Part shown: piece by piece, positions 1-9,328 of the stretch
Layout: each line of letters opens with the position of its first letter
Numbering within the stretch: position 1 is the first letter of the stretch
Assembly: GCA_963777955.1 (NCBI GenBank)
Contig: CAVZSQ010000015.1
Location: 32,001 to 96,000, forward strand
Source: Calditrichia bacterium
GTDB taxonomy: Bacteria; Calditrichota; Calditrichia; JAJRVZ01
Length of the DNA stretch: 64,000 nt
Direction of reading: 5' to 3'
Notes under the pieces: model-generated
What the model saw: the letters and a program-made list of their open reading frames with translations, nothing else
The model's database searches: none
What the model was told of the DNA's origin: nothing
Program-made: the position numbers and the translations under genes

Positions 1-234
1 GCGAAAATACTCTGGTAATCCCGGCAGCCGCAGTGCAGAGCGATGGAGTGAACAATCGCGTTTTTCTGATCAGGCAGGGCCGGGCCCTGTATAAAACGGT
101 CCAGGTCGGAATGACAGACGGCGAGAGTATTGCAATCCTGCAAGGATTGAGCGAAGGTGATTCGGTCGCTACAGTCGGAGCTGAATAATTTGCGCGATAG
201 CAGTTATGTGCACATTGTCAATCAAGCCCGCTAA
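1..234 (+). CDS. 3' end of RND efflux periplasmic adaptor (membrane fusion protein), partial; +1 frameshift near 180
   Basis: Frame 3 reads ENTLVIPAAAVQ...VQVGMTDGESIAILQGLSEGDSVATVG, a typical MFP C-terminus. It continues in frame 1 as LNNLRDSSYVHIVNQAR* and lies directly upstream of an RND permease. Confidence 0.8.
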
Positions 235-282
235 TCACCAGGCCCATGATTTAATTTTAAGGAAAAAAGGAACAGCTATTCT

Positions 283-3200
283 ATGAAACTTGCCGATGTC
301 TCGATTGAACGTCCCGTCTTCGCTACGATGATGATCTTTGCTCTGATCGTATTGGGCTGGTTCTCCTACCTGAAACTGAATATCGACCAGTTCCCCGACA
401 TAGATTTTCCCTATGTGACTGTGACCACGATCCTGCCCGGTGCGGGTCCTGAACAAATTGAAACGGATGTCACTAAAAAAATAGAGGACGCAGTCAACAC
501 CATCGGTGGTATAGATCATATCCAGTCGATTTCGCAGGAAGGTGTTTCCTTCGTGATCGTGCAGTTTAAACTGGAAGTCAGCGGTAAAGATGCGGCCCAG
601 GATGTGCGCGAAAAAATTTCGGCAGTACGGGCCAATCTGCCGGCGGATATCGAAGATCCGATCATCCAGCGCATCGATCCTGCCAGCCAACCGATATTTA
701 CCCTGACCGTATCCGGCGCACGGTCTGAAAAGGATATCACCACCTTCACAAAAAATGTCATAAAAAAACGGCTGGAGAATGTTAGCGGAGTGGGCCGGGT
801 TGATTTGATCGGTGGTGCCGAACGGGAAATTCAAATCGAGGTCGACGCCGCCTCACTACGTGCATATAATCTGTCCATCCAGGATGTGATCCAGAGTGTC
901 GGCTCGGCCAATGTGGAAATTCCAGCCGGCAACCTGGTCCAGGGACCGCGTCAATTGTTGCTGCGTACCATGGGTAAATACACCAGGGTAGAAGATTTTA
1001 AAAACGTGGTAGTAGCCACACCCGGGGGCAAAATAGTCTATCTGGCCGATGTGGCCCGGGTGATCGATGGGGTGGAGGAGCAGCAGAGTTTATCGCGGGT
1101 CAATGGCCAGAGTGCCGTCGGCTTGAGTATCCTGCGTCAATCCGGCAGCAACACAGTCAGGGTAGCAGAATCTATAACAGATCAGCTCGAGCGCGTTCGC
1201 CGCGAACTTCCAGCAGATTTGCAGATTACGGTCGCCAGGGATAATAGTGTTTTTATTCGCGATTCGGTCAATGATGTTATTTTTAATATTATTTATGGCG
1301 GTCTGTTTGCAGTTATCGTTGTTTTTCTTTTCCTGGCCAATCTCCGTTCCACGATTATCAGTGCTATAGCTCTGCCGACATCGATCATCGCCAGTTTTAT
1401 TATCATGTACGCCCTGGATTTTACTCTGAATATGATGTCCCTGTTAGCGCTCTCACTGGCCGTAGGTTTGCTGATCGATGATGCCATTGTAGTTATCGAA
1501 AATATTTACCGGCACATGCAGCAGGGTGAAACCCCCATGGAAGCCGCTAAAGCAGCATCCAGCGAAATCGGCCTGGCCGTGATGGCCACCACCTTCACCA
1601 TTATTGCCGTGTTTGTACCGGTTGCCTTTATACCCGGAATTGTCGGACGCTTTTTTTACCAGTTTGGCATTACCATATCGGTCTCAGTACTTGTTTCCTT
1701 ATTCGTTGCATTTACTTTGACGCCGATGCTGTCTTCGCGCTGGTTGCACCGGGAAGACGAAGAACTCACTCCGCAGGGGAATTTCCTGAATCAGGGGCTT
1801 TATTATTTTAATCACTTTTTTGAAATATTGAGTAACCGGTATCAAAAAGCCATCAACTGGTCGCTGGCCCATCGTAAACTGATCATCGGTAGTGCTCTTT
1901 TTGTGTTTTTCCTGAGTTTTTTCCTGATGCGTTTCCTGGGTACATCGTTTTTCCCCAGCACCGATCAGGGTGAGTTCACCATCAGTGTGACAGCTGCACC
2001 AGGCAGTTCACTGGAGCAAACCAGCCGCATCTGCAGCATGATCGAAGGTCTGGTCAAACAGAAACCTGAAGTAACCCTGATGCTCACTACCATTGGTGCC
2101 GGCAATGATCCGGTCACCAGGGGTAACATACTGGTAAAACTGCTCAGGAAAGACCAGCGCCGCAAGGGTGTCGAACAAATCATGGCAGAACTCAGACGGG
2201 AGGTGAGAAATATTCCGGGCGCTAAGTTTAGTCTGGGAACTCAACAGGGCTTCGCCGGCGGAAATAAACCGGTTATTATGAGCGTGCGCGGCGATGATCT
2301 GGAGACCCTGCAAAAACTTGCTGATAAAGTCGAGCGCATTGTCCACAGCACAGCCGGCGCGGCGGATATAGAGAACAGTTTTGAGACCTCCAAACCGGAG
2401 ATGCGTATTCTGATCGACCGTGAGAAAGCGTCGGATCTGGGCGTCAATGTAGGCTTGATCGCCTCAACCGCCCGCGCGATGGTCGACGGATTTGTCGCTA
2501 CCCAGTATCAGGAAGGGGATGAGCAATATGATGTGCGGGTCAGACTGAGCAAGCAGGATCGTACCTCTATTGATAATATCAATAACCTTACGATTAAGAG
2601 TAATAAAGACATCGGTAATAATCAGAAATTAATGATCCCAATCAGTTATGTTGCCGGAATCAGCCAGGGATCCGGGCCTTCCAAGATAAATCGCTTCGAT
2701 CGTCAGCGTGAAATCCGTATAGATGCTAATTTGTCCGGTGCATTGCTGGGGGAAGTACTTGCCGACATTCAAAAAAAGACACGCAATCTTGATCTGCCGG
2801 CCGGTTATGCCATTGGTGTGGTAGGGCAGGGACAAATGCAGGCGGAATCTTTTGCCAATATTTTACTTTCGCTGATTCTGGCTGTGTTGTTTGTCTATAT
2901 TGTGCTGGCTGCTCAGTTTGAAAGTTTCTCTTATCCTTTTGCCATCATGCTGGCTCTGCCCATGTCCCTGATCGGTGCGGTAATTGCCCTGCTGATCTTC
3001 GGCAGCGCCCTCTCGGTCATGTCCATGATCGGGATTATCATGCTGATGGGGCTGGTAACCAAGAACGGGATTCTGCTGGTGGATTATACCAATGTACTGC
3101 GGGATCGGGGATTTGCGCGAACCGAGGCGCTGATTAAAGCGGGTGCTACGCGGTTGCGGCCGATTCTGATGACAACTTTTGCCATGATCTTCGGGATGGT

Positions 3201-3393
3201 ACCGGTAGCCTTTTCGTTTGGGGAAGGCAGTGAGTTTCGTGCTCCCATGGGGCAGGCAGTGATCGGAGGTCTGATCACTTCCACGCTGCTGACCCTTTTT
3301 ATTGTACCGGTAGTATATTCTATCCTGGATGATCTGTCGCCGGGTAAAATTTCTCACTGGATCACCCGCTATCTGCTATTCAGGAAGAAATAA
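283..3393 (+). CDS. RND efflux transporter permease (AcrB/AcrD/AcrF family)
   Basis: 1036 aa with SIERPVFA N-terminus, GLLIDDAIVVIENI, KNGILLVD and RLRPILMTT motifs. Confidence 0.96.
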   Translation: MKLADVSIERPVFATMMIFALIVLGWFSYLKLNIDQFPDIDFPYVTVTTILPGAGPEQIETDVTKKIEDAVNTIGGIDHIQSISQEGVSFVIVQFKLEVSGKDAAQDVREKISAVRANLPADIEDPIIQRIDPASQPIFTLTVSGARSEKDITTFTKNVIKKRLENVSGVGRVDLIGGAEREIQIEVDAASLRAYNLSIQDVIQSVGSANVEIPAGNLVQGPRQLLLRTMGKYTRVEDFKNVVVATPGGKIVYLADVARVIDGVEEQQSLSRVNGQSAVGLSILRQSGSNTVRVAESITDQLERVRRELPADLQITVARDNSVFIRDSVNDVIFNIIYGGLFAVIVVFLFLANLRSTIISAIALPTSIIASFIIMYALDFTLNMMSLLALSLAVGLLIDDAIVVIENIYRHMQQGETPMEAAKAASSEIGLAVMATTFTIIAVFVPVAFIPGIVGRFFYQFGITISVSVLVSLFVAFTLTPMLSSRWLHREDEELTPQGNFLNQGLYYFNHFFEILSNRYQKAINWSLAHRKLIIGSALFVFFLSFFLMRFLGTSFFPSTDQGEFTISVTAAPGSSLEQTSRICSMIEGLVKQKPEVTLMLTTIGAGNDPVTRGNILVKLLRKDQRRKGVEQIMAELRREVRNIPGAKFSLGTQQGFAGGNKPVIMSVRGDDLETLQKLADKVERIVHSTAGAADIENSFETSKPEMRILIDREKASDLGVNVGLIASTARAMVDGFVATQYQEGDEQYDVRVRLSKQDRTSIDNINNLTIKSNKDIGNNQKLMIPISYVAGISQGSGPSKINRFDRQREIRIDANLSGALLGEVLADIQKKTRNLDLPAGYAIGVVGQGQMQAESFANILLSLILAVLFVYIVLAAQFESFSYPFAIMLALPMSLIGAVIALLIFGSALSVMSMIGIIMLMGLVTKNGILLVDYTNVLRDRGFARTEALIKAGATRLRPILMTTFAMIFGMVPVAFSFGEGSEFRAPMGQAVIGGLITSTLLTLFIVPVVYSILDDLSPGKISHWITRYLLFRKK

Positions 3394-3408
3394 GGAAGGG
3401 AACAATTT

Positions 3409-3708
3409 ATGAAAATAGCATTTCTGGTCTGTAATGAGGTGTACTCGGCGAGGATAACCGAGATTTTCGCCAAGACCCGGATTGATTATTATACCTCCTG
3501 GGAGCAGGTGAAAGGTAAGGGGCATGGAACACAACCGCATCTGGGCACACGCAGTTTTCCCGGCATGAATGTTGTTTTCATGATCGCTTTCGAGGAAGAA
3601 TCTCCGCTGACCGATTTAATTCAGGAAATTAAACTGGCCAACGAACAAATCCATCGTCCCGATGACCGGATCCGCTTATTCCAGGTGCCGCTGGAGAAAA
3701 TAGTTTAA
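3409..3708 (+). CDS. P-II-like transporter-associated protein (PG0541-type)
   Basis: 99 aa directly after the RND permease; YTSWEQVKGKG...PHLGTRSFPGMN resembles the P-II-like family found in RND operons. Confidence 0.75.
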   Translation: MKIAFLVCNEVYSARITEIFAKTRIDYYTSWEQVKGKGHGTQPHLGTRSFPGMNVVFMIAFEEESPLTDLIQEIKLANEQIHRPDDRIRLFQVPLEKIV

Positions 3709-3754
3709 AGGATATTCTCGGTTACACGGATGCATTCAATAAGTATGAGACCTT

Positions 3755-4489
3755 ATGCCAGGTATCTCAATTATAATTCCAGCCTACAATGAACAGGAAA
3801 ATATCCGGGCCGGAAGACTGTCAGAAGTTGCCGGCTGGTTGAAAACTTATCCCGCTGCTGGCGAATTGATAGTAGTGAATGATGGCAGTACAGATGCCAC
3901 AGTCACATTAGCCGGCTCAATAGCCGGACGGGTGATTTCAATACCCCACTCAGGCAAGGCCGCGGCCTTGATGGCCGGTATGACGGCGGCGCTGCACGAT
4001 CATATAATTTTTTTGGATATGGATCAGGCTACTCCGATTACAGAAGCCGACAAACTTTTAAAAGTTCTGGAAAAATCAGTTGATATCGTTGTGGGCAGCC
4101 GGGGCCTGCTGCGCAGGCATGCGCCCTTGAGCAGGTACGTTTTGAGTGTAGGGCATGTTTTTTTCCGGCGTCTGCTGCTGAGCTTGTCATTTCTCGATAC
4201 GCAGTGCGGGTTCAAAGCCTGCACCAGGCAAGCGGCCCGCGAGATTATGAATCATTTGATAGTTTATAATCCCGCGACCATGACACCAGTCAAAGGTTCC
4301 CGGGTGAACAGCGGATTCGATGCAGAATTTCTTTTAGTCGGATTTTGCCGGGGCTTCAGAATTGCCGAGGTACCGGTACATTGGAATTATCAGCAGACCC
4401 GCAGGACCAATCTGTTCAGGGAAGCCTGGTACGGCCTGCAGGATCTATTCGCCATTGCCTGGCAGAAAATGAGGGGAAATTACAGGTAA
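3755..4489 (+). CDS. Glycosyltransferase family 2 (polyprenol-phosphate glycosyltransferase-like)
   Basis: SIIIPAYNE, VVNDGSTD, DMD (DxD), DTQCGFK and FDAE motifs. Confidence 0.9.
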   Translation: MPGISIIIPAYNEQENIRAGRLSEVAGWLKTYPAAGELIVVNDGSTDATVTLAGSIAGRVISIPHSGKAAALMAGMTAALHDHIIFLDMDQATPITEADKLLKVLEKSVDIVVGSRGLLRRHAPLSRYVLSVGHVFFRRLLLSLSFLDTQCGFKACTRQAAREIMNHLIVYNPATMTPVKGSRVNSGFDAEFLLVGFCRGFRIAEVPVHWNYQQTRRTNLFREAWYGLQDLFAIAWQKMRGNYR

Positions 4490-4620
4490 AGGGCCAGTCG
4501 GGATTAGTACTGTTTAAGTACAGCAACTTTTATATTGTGCCTGCGTACTTCACAAATATAGATCTTATATTTTTATTAAAAATCTGTTGGTGAAATCAAT
4601 TTCAGCGGAATATAAGGATT

Positions 4621-4965
4621 CTATTTAAAAGGGTCTTTCTCGAACAGCAAGCGGATTCCTTTTTGCAGCGGAGCTAACAGTTCTGATTTATCAATACAGA
4701 ACATAAACCGTTTAAACCGCTTGAGACTCCATTTTTCATAATGGAATATGACATATAACAATTGAAAAATTTTTGGATAATCTCCGGAGATGGCATATTC
4801 TTCACACAAGGCAATTATAATCGGATCATTCTGCAGTTCAAAATCGAGAGGGCAAGTGGAGACCCGGTAATAATCCGGAAAGGACAGAATATCCCCGCCT
4901 TTGGTAAGGTACTCTTCGAATGAATCAAGAATTTCTAATTTATTATTTACAGATATATTCGACAT
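4621..4965 (-). CDS. Hypothetical protein, about 114 aa; start uncertain
   Basis: The open frame fills the gap between the GT2 gene and the divergent regulator. The longer 5121 start runs across a terminator-like hairpin, so the ATG at 4965 is preferred. No motif recognised. Confidence 0.5.
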   Translation of the reverse strand: MSNISVNNKLEILDSFEEYLTKGGDILSFPDYYRVSTCPLDFELQNDPIIIALCEEYAISGDYPKIFQLLYVIFHYEKWSLKRFKRFMFCIDKSELLAPLQKGIRLLFEKDPFK

Positions 4966-5052
4966 CTTTTTTGACCATTTCTTCCTTGGCACATATATAA
5001 TCGGCGGGAATCGGCTGTGCATAAGGTCTAATGGTCTGATTCTGTCCATAAT

Positions 5053-5081
5053 GAAAAACCCCACATGAAAATATGTGGGGT
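5053..5081 (-). terminator. Intrinsic terminator-like hairpin
   Basis: Minus strand reads ACCCCACAT-ATTTTC-ATGTGGGGT followed by TTTT. Confidence 0.6.
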
Positions 5082-5287
5082 GAGGGCTTGGGAAAGATTT
5101 ATTGTAGGTACCTATAATCATCGTATGAAAGAGGCTGATATTAATAATTCTTCAGGCATCTGATCAGAAATTGTCCACCTTTTATTTCAGAATTAAAAAT
5201 ATCAATATTATTTAAAAAATAAGTTAAGAAACATGCTATTACGCCGATGGTATTTATGAATAATAATGCATAGAAGCATTTGGACTT

Positions 5288-6361
5288 TTGGAAAATATTT
5301 CAATGATAATGGAAACAAAGGAAAAAGATCTTAACATCCGGCTGGAACCCCCGGTTAAAGAAGCCGGCGAGCAACGTGGTCGGAATGGTTTTCTGCCAAA
5401 AATATTGATTGTTGATGATGTGATCGATAATATCCGTTTGATCTCCAATATTCTCAATCGTCATAATTCTAGCTACTCAATCCGCTATGCTACCAATGGT
5501 GATGAAGCTCTGGAAATAGTCGACTCATTTACTCCTGATCTGATCATGCTGGATGTGGTCATGCCCGGCATGGACGGCTTTTCAGTATGCCGGACTTTAA
5601 AAGAAAATTCCCTGACCCGGCTGATCCCGGTTGTGATGATTACGGCGCTGGACAGTCAGCAAGACCGCTTAAAAGGTTTGGAAGCAGGAGTAGATGATTT
5701 CATCTCCAAACCGTTCAATGTTTATGAACTCCTGGCCCGGGTTAAAAATTTGCTGAAGTTACGGAGTTACATCAGTGAGCTGGAACATGCCGAGCAGGTA
5801 ATTTTCAGTTTAGCCAGAGCTGTTGAAGCAAAAGATAAATACACCGAAGGCCATTGTGAACGGCTCTCCGTTCTGGCTCAGCGTATCGGAGAAGAATTAA
5901 GCCTGGCTGAACAGGAAATAACCATACTGAAACGAGGCGGTATTTTACATGATATAGGTAAAATCGCCATCGATGATTCAATTTTGCAAAAAGAAGGGCC
6001 GTTAACAGCTGCAGAAATTCAGATTATCAGAACCCATCCGGAGATCGGCGAGAATATTTGCCGACCGTTGAAAACTCTGCAGCCGCTTCTGCCGATGATT
6101 CGTTTTCATCAGGAGCGCTATGATGGCAGCGGATATCCGGACGGTCTTAAAGGGGAGCAGATCCCCTTATTGGCCCGCATCATCGGAATAGTTGATTCTT
6201 TTGATGCTTTAACCACGGATCGTCCCTACCGCAAAGCGATTCCGGTTATGGAAGCATTACAGATCATGGAAAAAGAGACTCAACTTGGATTATGGGATCC
6301 TAAAATCTTTGAAATTATGAAAACCATCGTCTCCCGGGAAGATTTTACTTTAACTGTCTGA
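5288..6361 (+). CDS. Response regulator with HD-GYP c-di-GMP phosphodiesterase domain
   Basis: Receiver domain (ILIVDD, DLIMLDVVMP, KPF) plus HDIGK and HQERYDGSGYPDGL. The start may be a downstream ATG. Confidence 0.93.
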   Translation: MENISMIMETKEKDLNIRLEPPVKEAGEQRGRNGFLPKILIVDDVIDNIRLISNILNRHNSSYSIRYATNGDEALEIVDSFTPDLIMLDVVMPGMDGFSVCRTLKENSLTRLIPVVMITALDSQQDRLKGLEAGVDDFISKPFNVYELLARVKNLLKLRSYISELEHAEQVIFSLARAVEAKDKYTEGHCERLSVLAQRIGEELSLAEQEITILKRGGILHDIGKIAIDDSILQKEGPLTAAEIQIIRTHPEIGENICRPLKTLQPLLPMIRFHQERYDGSGYPDGLKGEQIPLLARIIGIVDSFDALTTDRPYRKAIPVMEALQIMEKETQLGLWDPKIFEIMKTIVSREDFTLTV

Positions 6362-6415
6362 CCGGATCTAATTCACCTTCCTTATTCATTAGTTTGTATG
6401 CAATCTATAATTTGC

Positions 6416-6444
6416 TTGTAAATTTTTAACAAATTATTTATCTT
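6416..6444 (+). promoter_or_regulatory. Putative sigma70 promoter of the lapA operon
   Basis: TTGTAA-N17-TATCTT, about 50 nt before the ATG. Confidence 0.45.
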
Positions 6445-6496
6445 GGAAAACCATAGTTATTTTACTAAGTTTTATTAATTTAAGTGTGGAGAAGAC

Positions 6497-6814
6497 ATGC
6501 GTCTGATTGTAGTATTCATTTGGATAATCGTAGGTTCGATTATCCTCTGGTTTTTTGCCATCAATCAGGGCCAACATGTTTCTATCGATTTTGTTAAAGT
6601 CAGATACGAAAATGTTGATCTGATTGTAGTTATTTTTCTCTCTTTTTTTGTCGGACTGATTGTCGGTGCCATTATCATATCATCCTTCGTGGTCAAAAGC
6701 AAGTCTGAAGTCAGGGCTTTAAAACGTGAACAGAATAAGTTGATCAGGGAATTGGATGGTTTACGCAACATGTCAATCGATGAATTACCCGAAGCTGGTA
6801 CACATAGTGATTAA
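6497..6814 (+). CDS. lapA: LapA family (DUF1049) membrane protein
   Basis: Two TM segments (FAINQGQHVSIDF; VVIFLSFFVGLIVG) followed by a coiled tail, directly before a TPR gene. Confidence 0.75.
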   Translation: MRLIVVFIWIIVGSIILWFFAINQGQHVSIDFVKVRYENVDLIVVIFLSFFVGLIVGAIIISSFVVKSKSEVRALKREQNKLIRELDGLRNMSIDELPEAGTHSD

Positions 6815-6848
6815 AGTACGAATATTGATTAAATCTTAGGATTGAAGT

Positions 6849-7955
6849 ATGGGCTCTTCATTTGTTTTTGAATTCTGGTTGTTCATTTTAATACTGGCAG
6901 TTCTTTCCCTGGCGGTGCTTTATCTTTATTATTCGCGTAAACGAACCACCGAGCAGGAAAACCATTCCTACCTGAACGGACTCAAATATCTGTGCGAAGG
7001 AGAAAATCGTCTGGCCCTGGAAAAATTCAAGCAGGCTGTGCGTACAGACTCTGAGAATATTGACGCCTATATAAAAATTGGGAATATCCTGCGCACCGAA
7101 GGATTGTTGACCAATGCCACCCGGGTGCATAAAGACCTGACTCTGCGCGGGAATTTGTCGGAAGAAGATGATATCAGGGTAAAACAGAACCTGGCTCTCG
7201 ATTATTTGCAGGCAAAAAGTATCGATAAAGCGGAAAAATTTCTGGAAGAGTTAAAAGGGATTAAAGCAGTGTATGACTGGGTCACACCTCACCTGGTACA
7301 GATATATGAACAGAGGAGCGAATGGCGCCTGGCCTTCGAATTGTACGAGAAATCCGCACTGGCCCAGACCGATGAGGGGAAGAAAAAATTAGCGGGTTAT
7401 AAGGTAAAAGAAGGATTGGGTCTGGTTAAGGCGGGCGATGAAAAAGCAAGCCGGATTCAATTCAAAGAAGCCTTAAAGGTGAATACAAAATGTGCTCCGG
7501 CTTATCTGGCGCTGGGTGATTCTTATTGGCGGGAAGGACGGACCAATGATGCTATCGCTGCCTGGTCGGAATTGTGCAATAAAATTCCCGATAAAGCACA
7601 TTATACATTTGACCGCCTGGAAAAAGCCTGGTTTGAGAAAGGTCAGTTCAGTAAACTCGAACAGTTTTATATCAATTTTTTAATCGAACATGAGGATAAT
7701 CTGGAAGCACGTATCGCCCTTTCTGAGATCTATCGCAAAAAAGGGGAGTATGCGGATGCCATAAAACTGCTGCAGTATCAACACAAAAAAGAGGTGGATC
7801 TGGAATTGATAAAAGCGCAGCAGATCAGAGTTTTAAACGATAAGAATCAGGTCAAAGAAGCTCTCAAACTATCACTGGATATTGTGGAGAAAAAAATTCA
7901 GGACAATCTGGACAAGAAAAACCAGGAATTGCTTGAATTCTCGATTCCGGTATAA
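6849..7955 (+). CDS. LapB-like tetratricopeptide repeat protein
   Basis: N-terminal TM segment and YLNGLKYL...AYIKIGNILRTEG...ATRVHKDL...LALDY, matching the LapB N-terminal pattern. No C-terminal rubredoxin Cys motifs. Confidence 0.75.
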   Translation: MGSSFVFEFWLFILILAVLSLAVLYLYYSRKRTTEQENHSYLNGLKYLCEGENRLALEKFKQAVRTDSENIDAYIKIGNILRTEGLLTNATRVHKDLTLRGNLSEEDDIRVKQNLALDYLQAKSIDKAEKFLEELKGIKAVYDWVTPHLVQIYEQRSEWRLAFELYEKSALAQTDEGKKKLAGYKVKEGLGLVKAGDEKASRIQFKEALKVNTKCAPAYLALGDSYWREGRTNDAIAAWSELCNKIPDKAHYTFDRLEKAWFEKGQFSKLEQFYINFLIEHEDNLEARIALSEIYRKKGEYADAIKLLQYQHKKEVDLELIKAQQIRVLNDKNQVKEALKLSLDIVEKKIQDNLDKKNQELLEFSIPV

Positions 7956-7966
7956 AATTCAAAAAA

Positions 7967-8638
7967 ATGACTTCACCCGTTAGACGATTAGGCTTTTTAA
8001 TCCTGTTGCTGGGATTTATTGTACTGGACCAGTTGACGGCACAGGATTTCTCTGAATTGTATGCAATGTATCAGCAAAAGAATTTTAGCGCTCTGCAACA
8101 GAAAACACAGCAGTTGGCCGGGCAGTATCCGCAGCAGGATGAAATCCGGTTCTTCCAGGCGCTGTTTTTTGAAAATGGCGAAGAAGCCGTCAAAATTTAC
8201 GAACAGTTATATCTGCGGGCCACAGGCGCGCTGAAGAATGAACTGAGTAAAAAGTTGTCCCAGTATTACTATGCGCGGGGATTATATGTGCGTGCCGCTG
8301 AATTTGATAAAACCCCCGCAGTGCCCGGCCTGATCCCCTCGGTTGCCGTTCCGCACATAAGTAATACTGCCGGTAAACCGGCCGCTAAACCAATCCAGGA
8401 CAGAGAAAAGAATTATATTATTCAGGTCGGTGCATTCGGCGAGGAAGAGAATGCCCGGCAGTTGCAGCAGAGCCTGCAGGCACAGAAGTTCGAATCACGA
8501 ATTGTAGAACGGGTGGTTAATGAACGCAACCTTTATTGCGTTTGGGTTAACGGAGGTAATTCACTGGATGAAACGCTGCGCCTGGCTGATAAGATCAAAA
8601 ATCGATGCAAATTAGAATACCGTATATTAAAAAACTAA
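7967..8638 (+). CDS. SPOR domain-containing secreted protein
   Basis: Signal peptide, Pro/Ala linker, and C-terminal YIIQVGAFGEEENA...LYCVWV SPOR motif. Confidence 0.85.
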   Translation: MTSPVRRLGFLILLLGFIVLDQLTAQDFSELYAMYQQKNFSALQQKTQQLAGQYPQQDEIRFFQALFFENGEEAVKIYEQLYLRATGALKNELSKKLSQYYYARGLYVRAAEFDKTPAVPGLIPSVAVPHISNTAGKPAAKPIQDREKNYIIQVGAFGEEENARQLQQSLQAQKFESRIVERVVNERNLYCVWVNGGNSLDETLRLADKIKNRCKLEYRILKN

Positions 8639-8648
8639 AAGGGTTGTT

Positions 8649-9326
8649 ATGGACGTTACGCTGTTAAGAGCCATTCCTCTTTTTTCAGAACTCCGCGATG
8701 AGGATTTACGTGAAATCACCAAGGTCTCGCTCCATCAGGAATTTAAAAAAGAAAACATGATCCTGATCGAAGAGGAGATCGGTTCTACCATGTTCATCAT
8801 TCTGACCGGCCGTGTCAAAATATCGCGCATCAGCGATGAGGGGCGGGAAGTGATCCTGTCTATTTTAAGCGAAGGTGATTTTTTTGGGGAAATGTCCCTG
8901 CTGGACGGGCAGACCCGTTCTGCCAACGTGGTTACTCTGGATGATTCGGATATTCTCATCATCCGGCGGGAAAACTTTCTGAAGATGCTGCATGATTATC
9001 CTCAAATCGCCATTAACCTGCTTAAAGAACTTGCCCATCGCCTGCGACGTTCCGATGCGCAGATAAAAAGTCTGTCTCTGCAGAATGCCACCGGTAAAGT
9101 CGCCAGTACGCTGCTGCGTATTGCCGACGATTCCGGTAAAATCTGCAAGGGACAGGTGGAAATTCCCCATCTGCCGCCCCAGCAGGATCTGGCTAATATG
9201 GCCGGCACCAGCAGAGAAACGATATCACGGGTTCTGAAATCACTCAGTAAAAAAGGTTATCTCAAACGTGAAGGCAATCATCTGATTATTCTGGATTATG
9301 AAACATTTCGGAATGATTTTTCCTGA
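8649..9326 (+). CDS. Crp/Fnr family transcriptional regulator
   Basis: cNMP-binding motif GDFFGEMSLLDGQTRSA and HTH QQDLANMAGTSRETISRVL. Confidence 0.95.
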   Translation: MDVTLLRAIPLFSELRDEDLREITKVSLHQEFKKENMILIEEEIGSTMFIILTGRVKISRISDEGREVILSILSEGDFFGEMSLLDGQTRSANVVTLDDSDILIIRRENFLKMLHDYPQIAINLLKELAHRLRRSDAQIKSLSLQNATGKVASTLLRIADDSGKICKGQVEIPHLPPQQDLANMAGTSRETISRVLKSLSKKGYLKREGNHLIILDYETFRNDFS

Positions 9327-9328
9327 GT

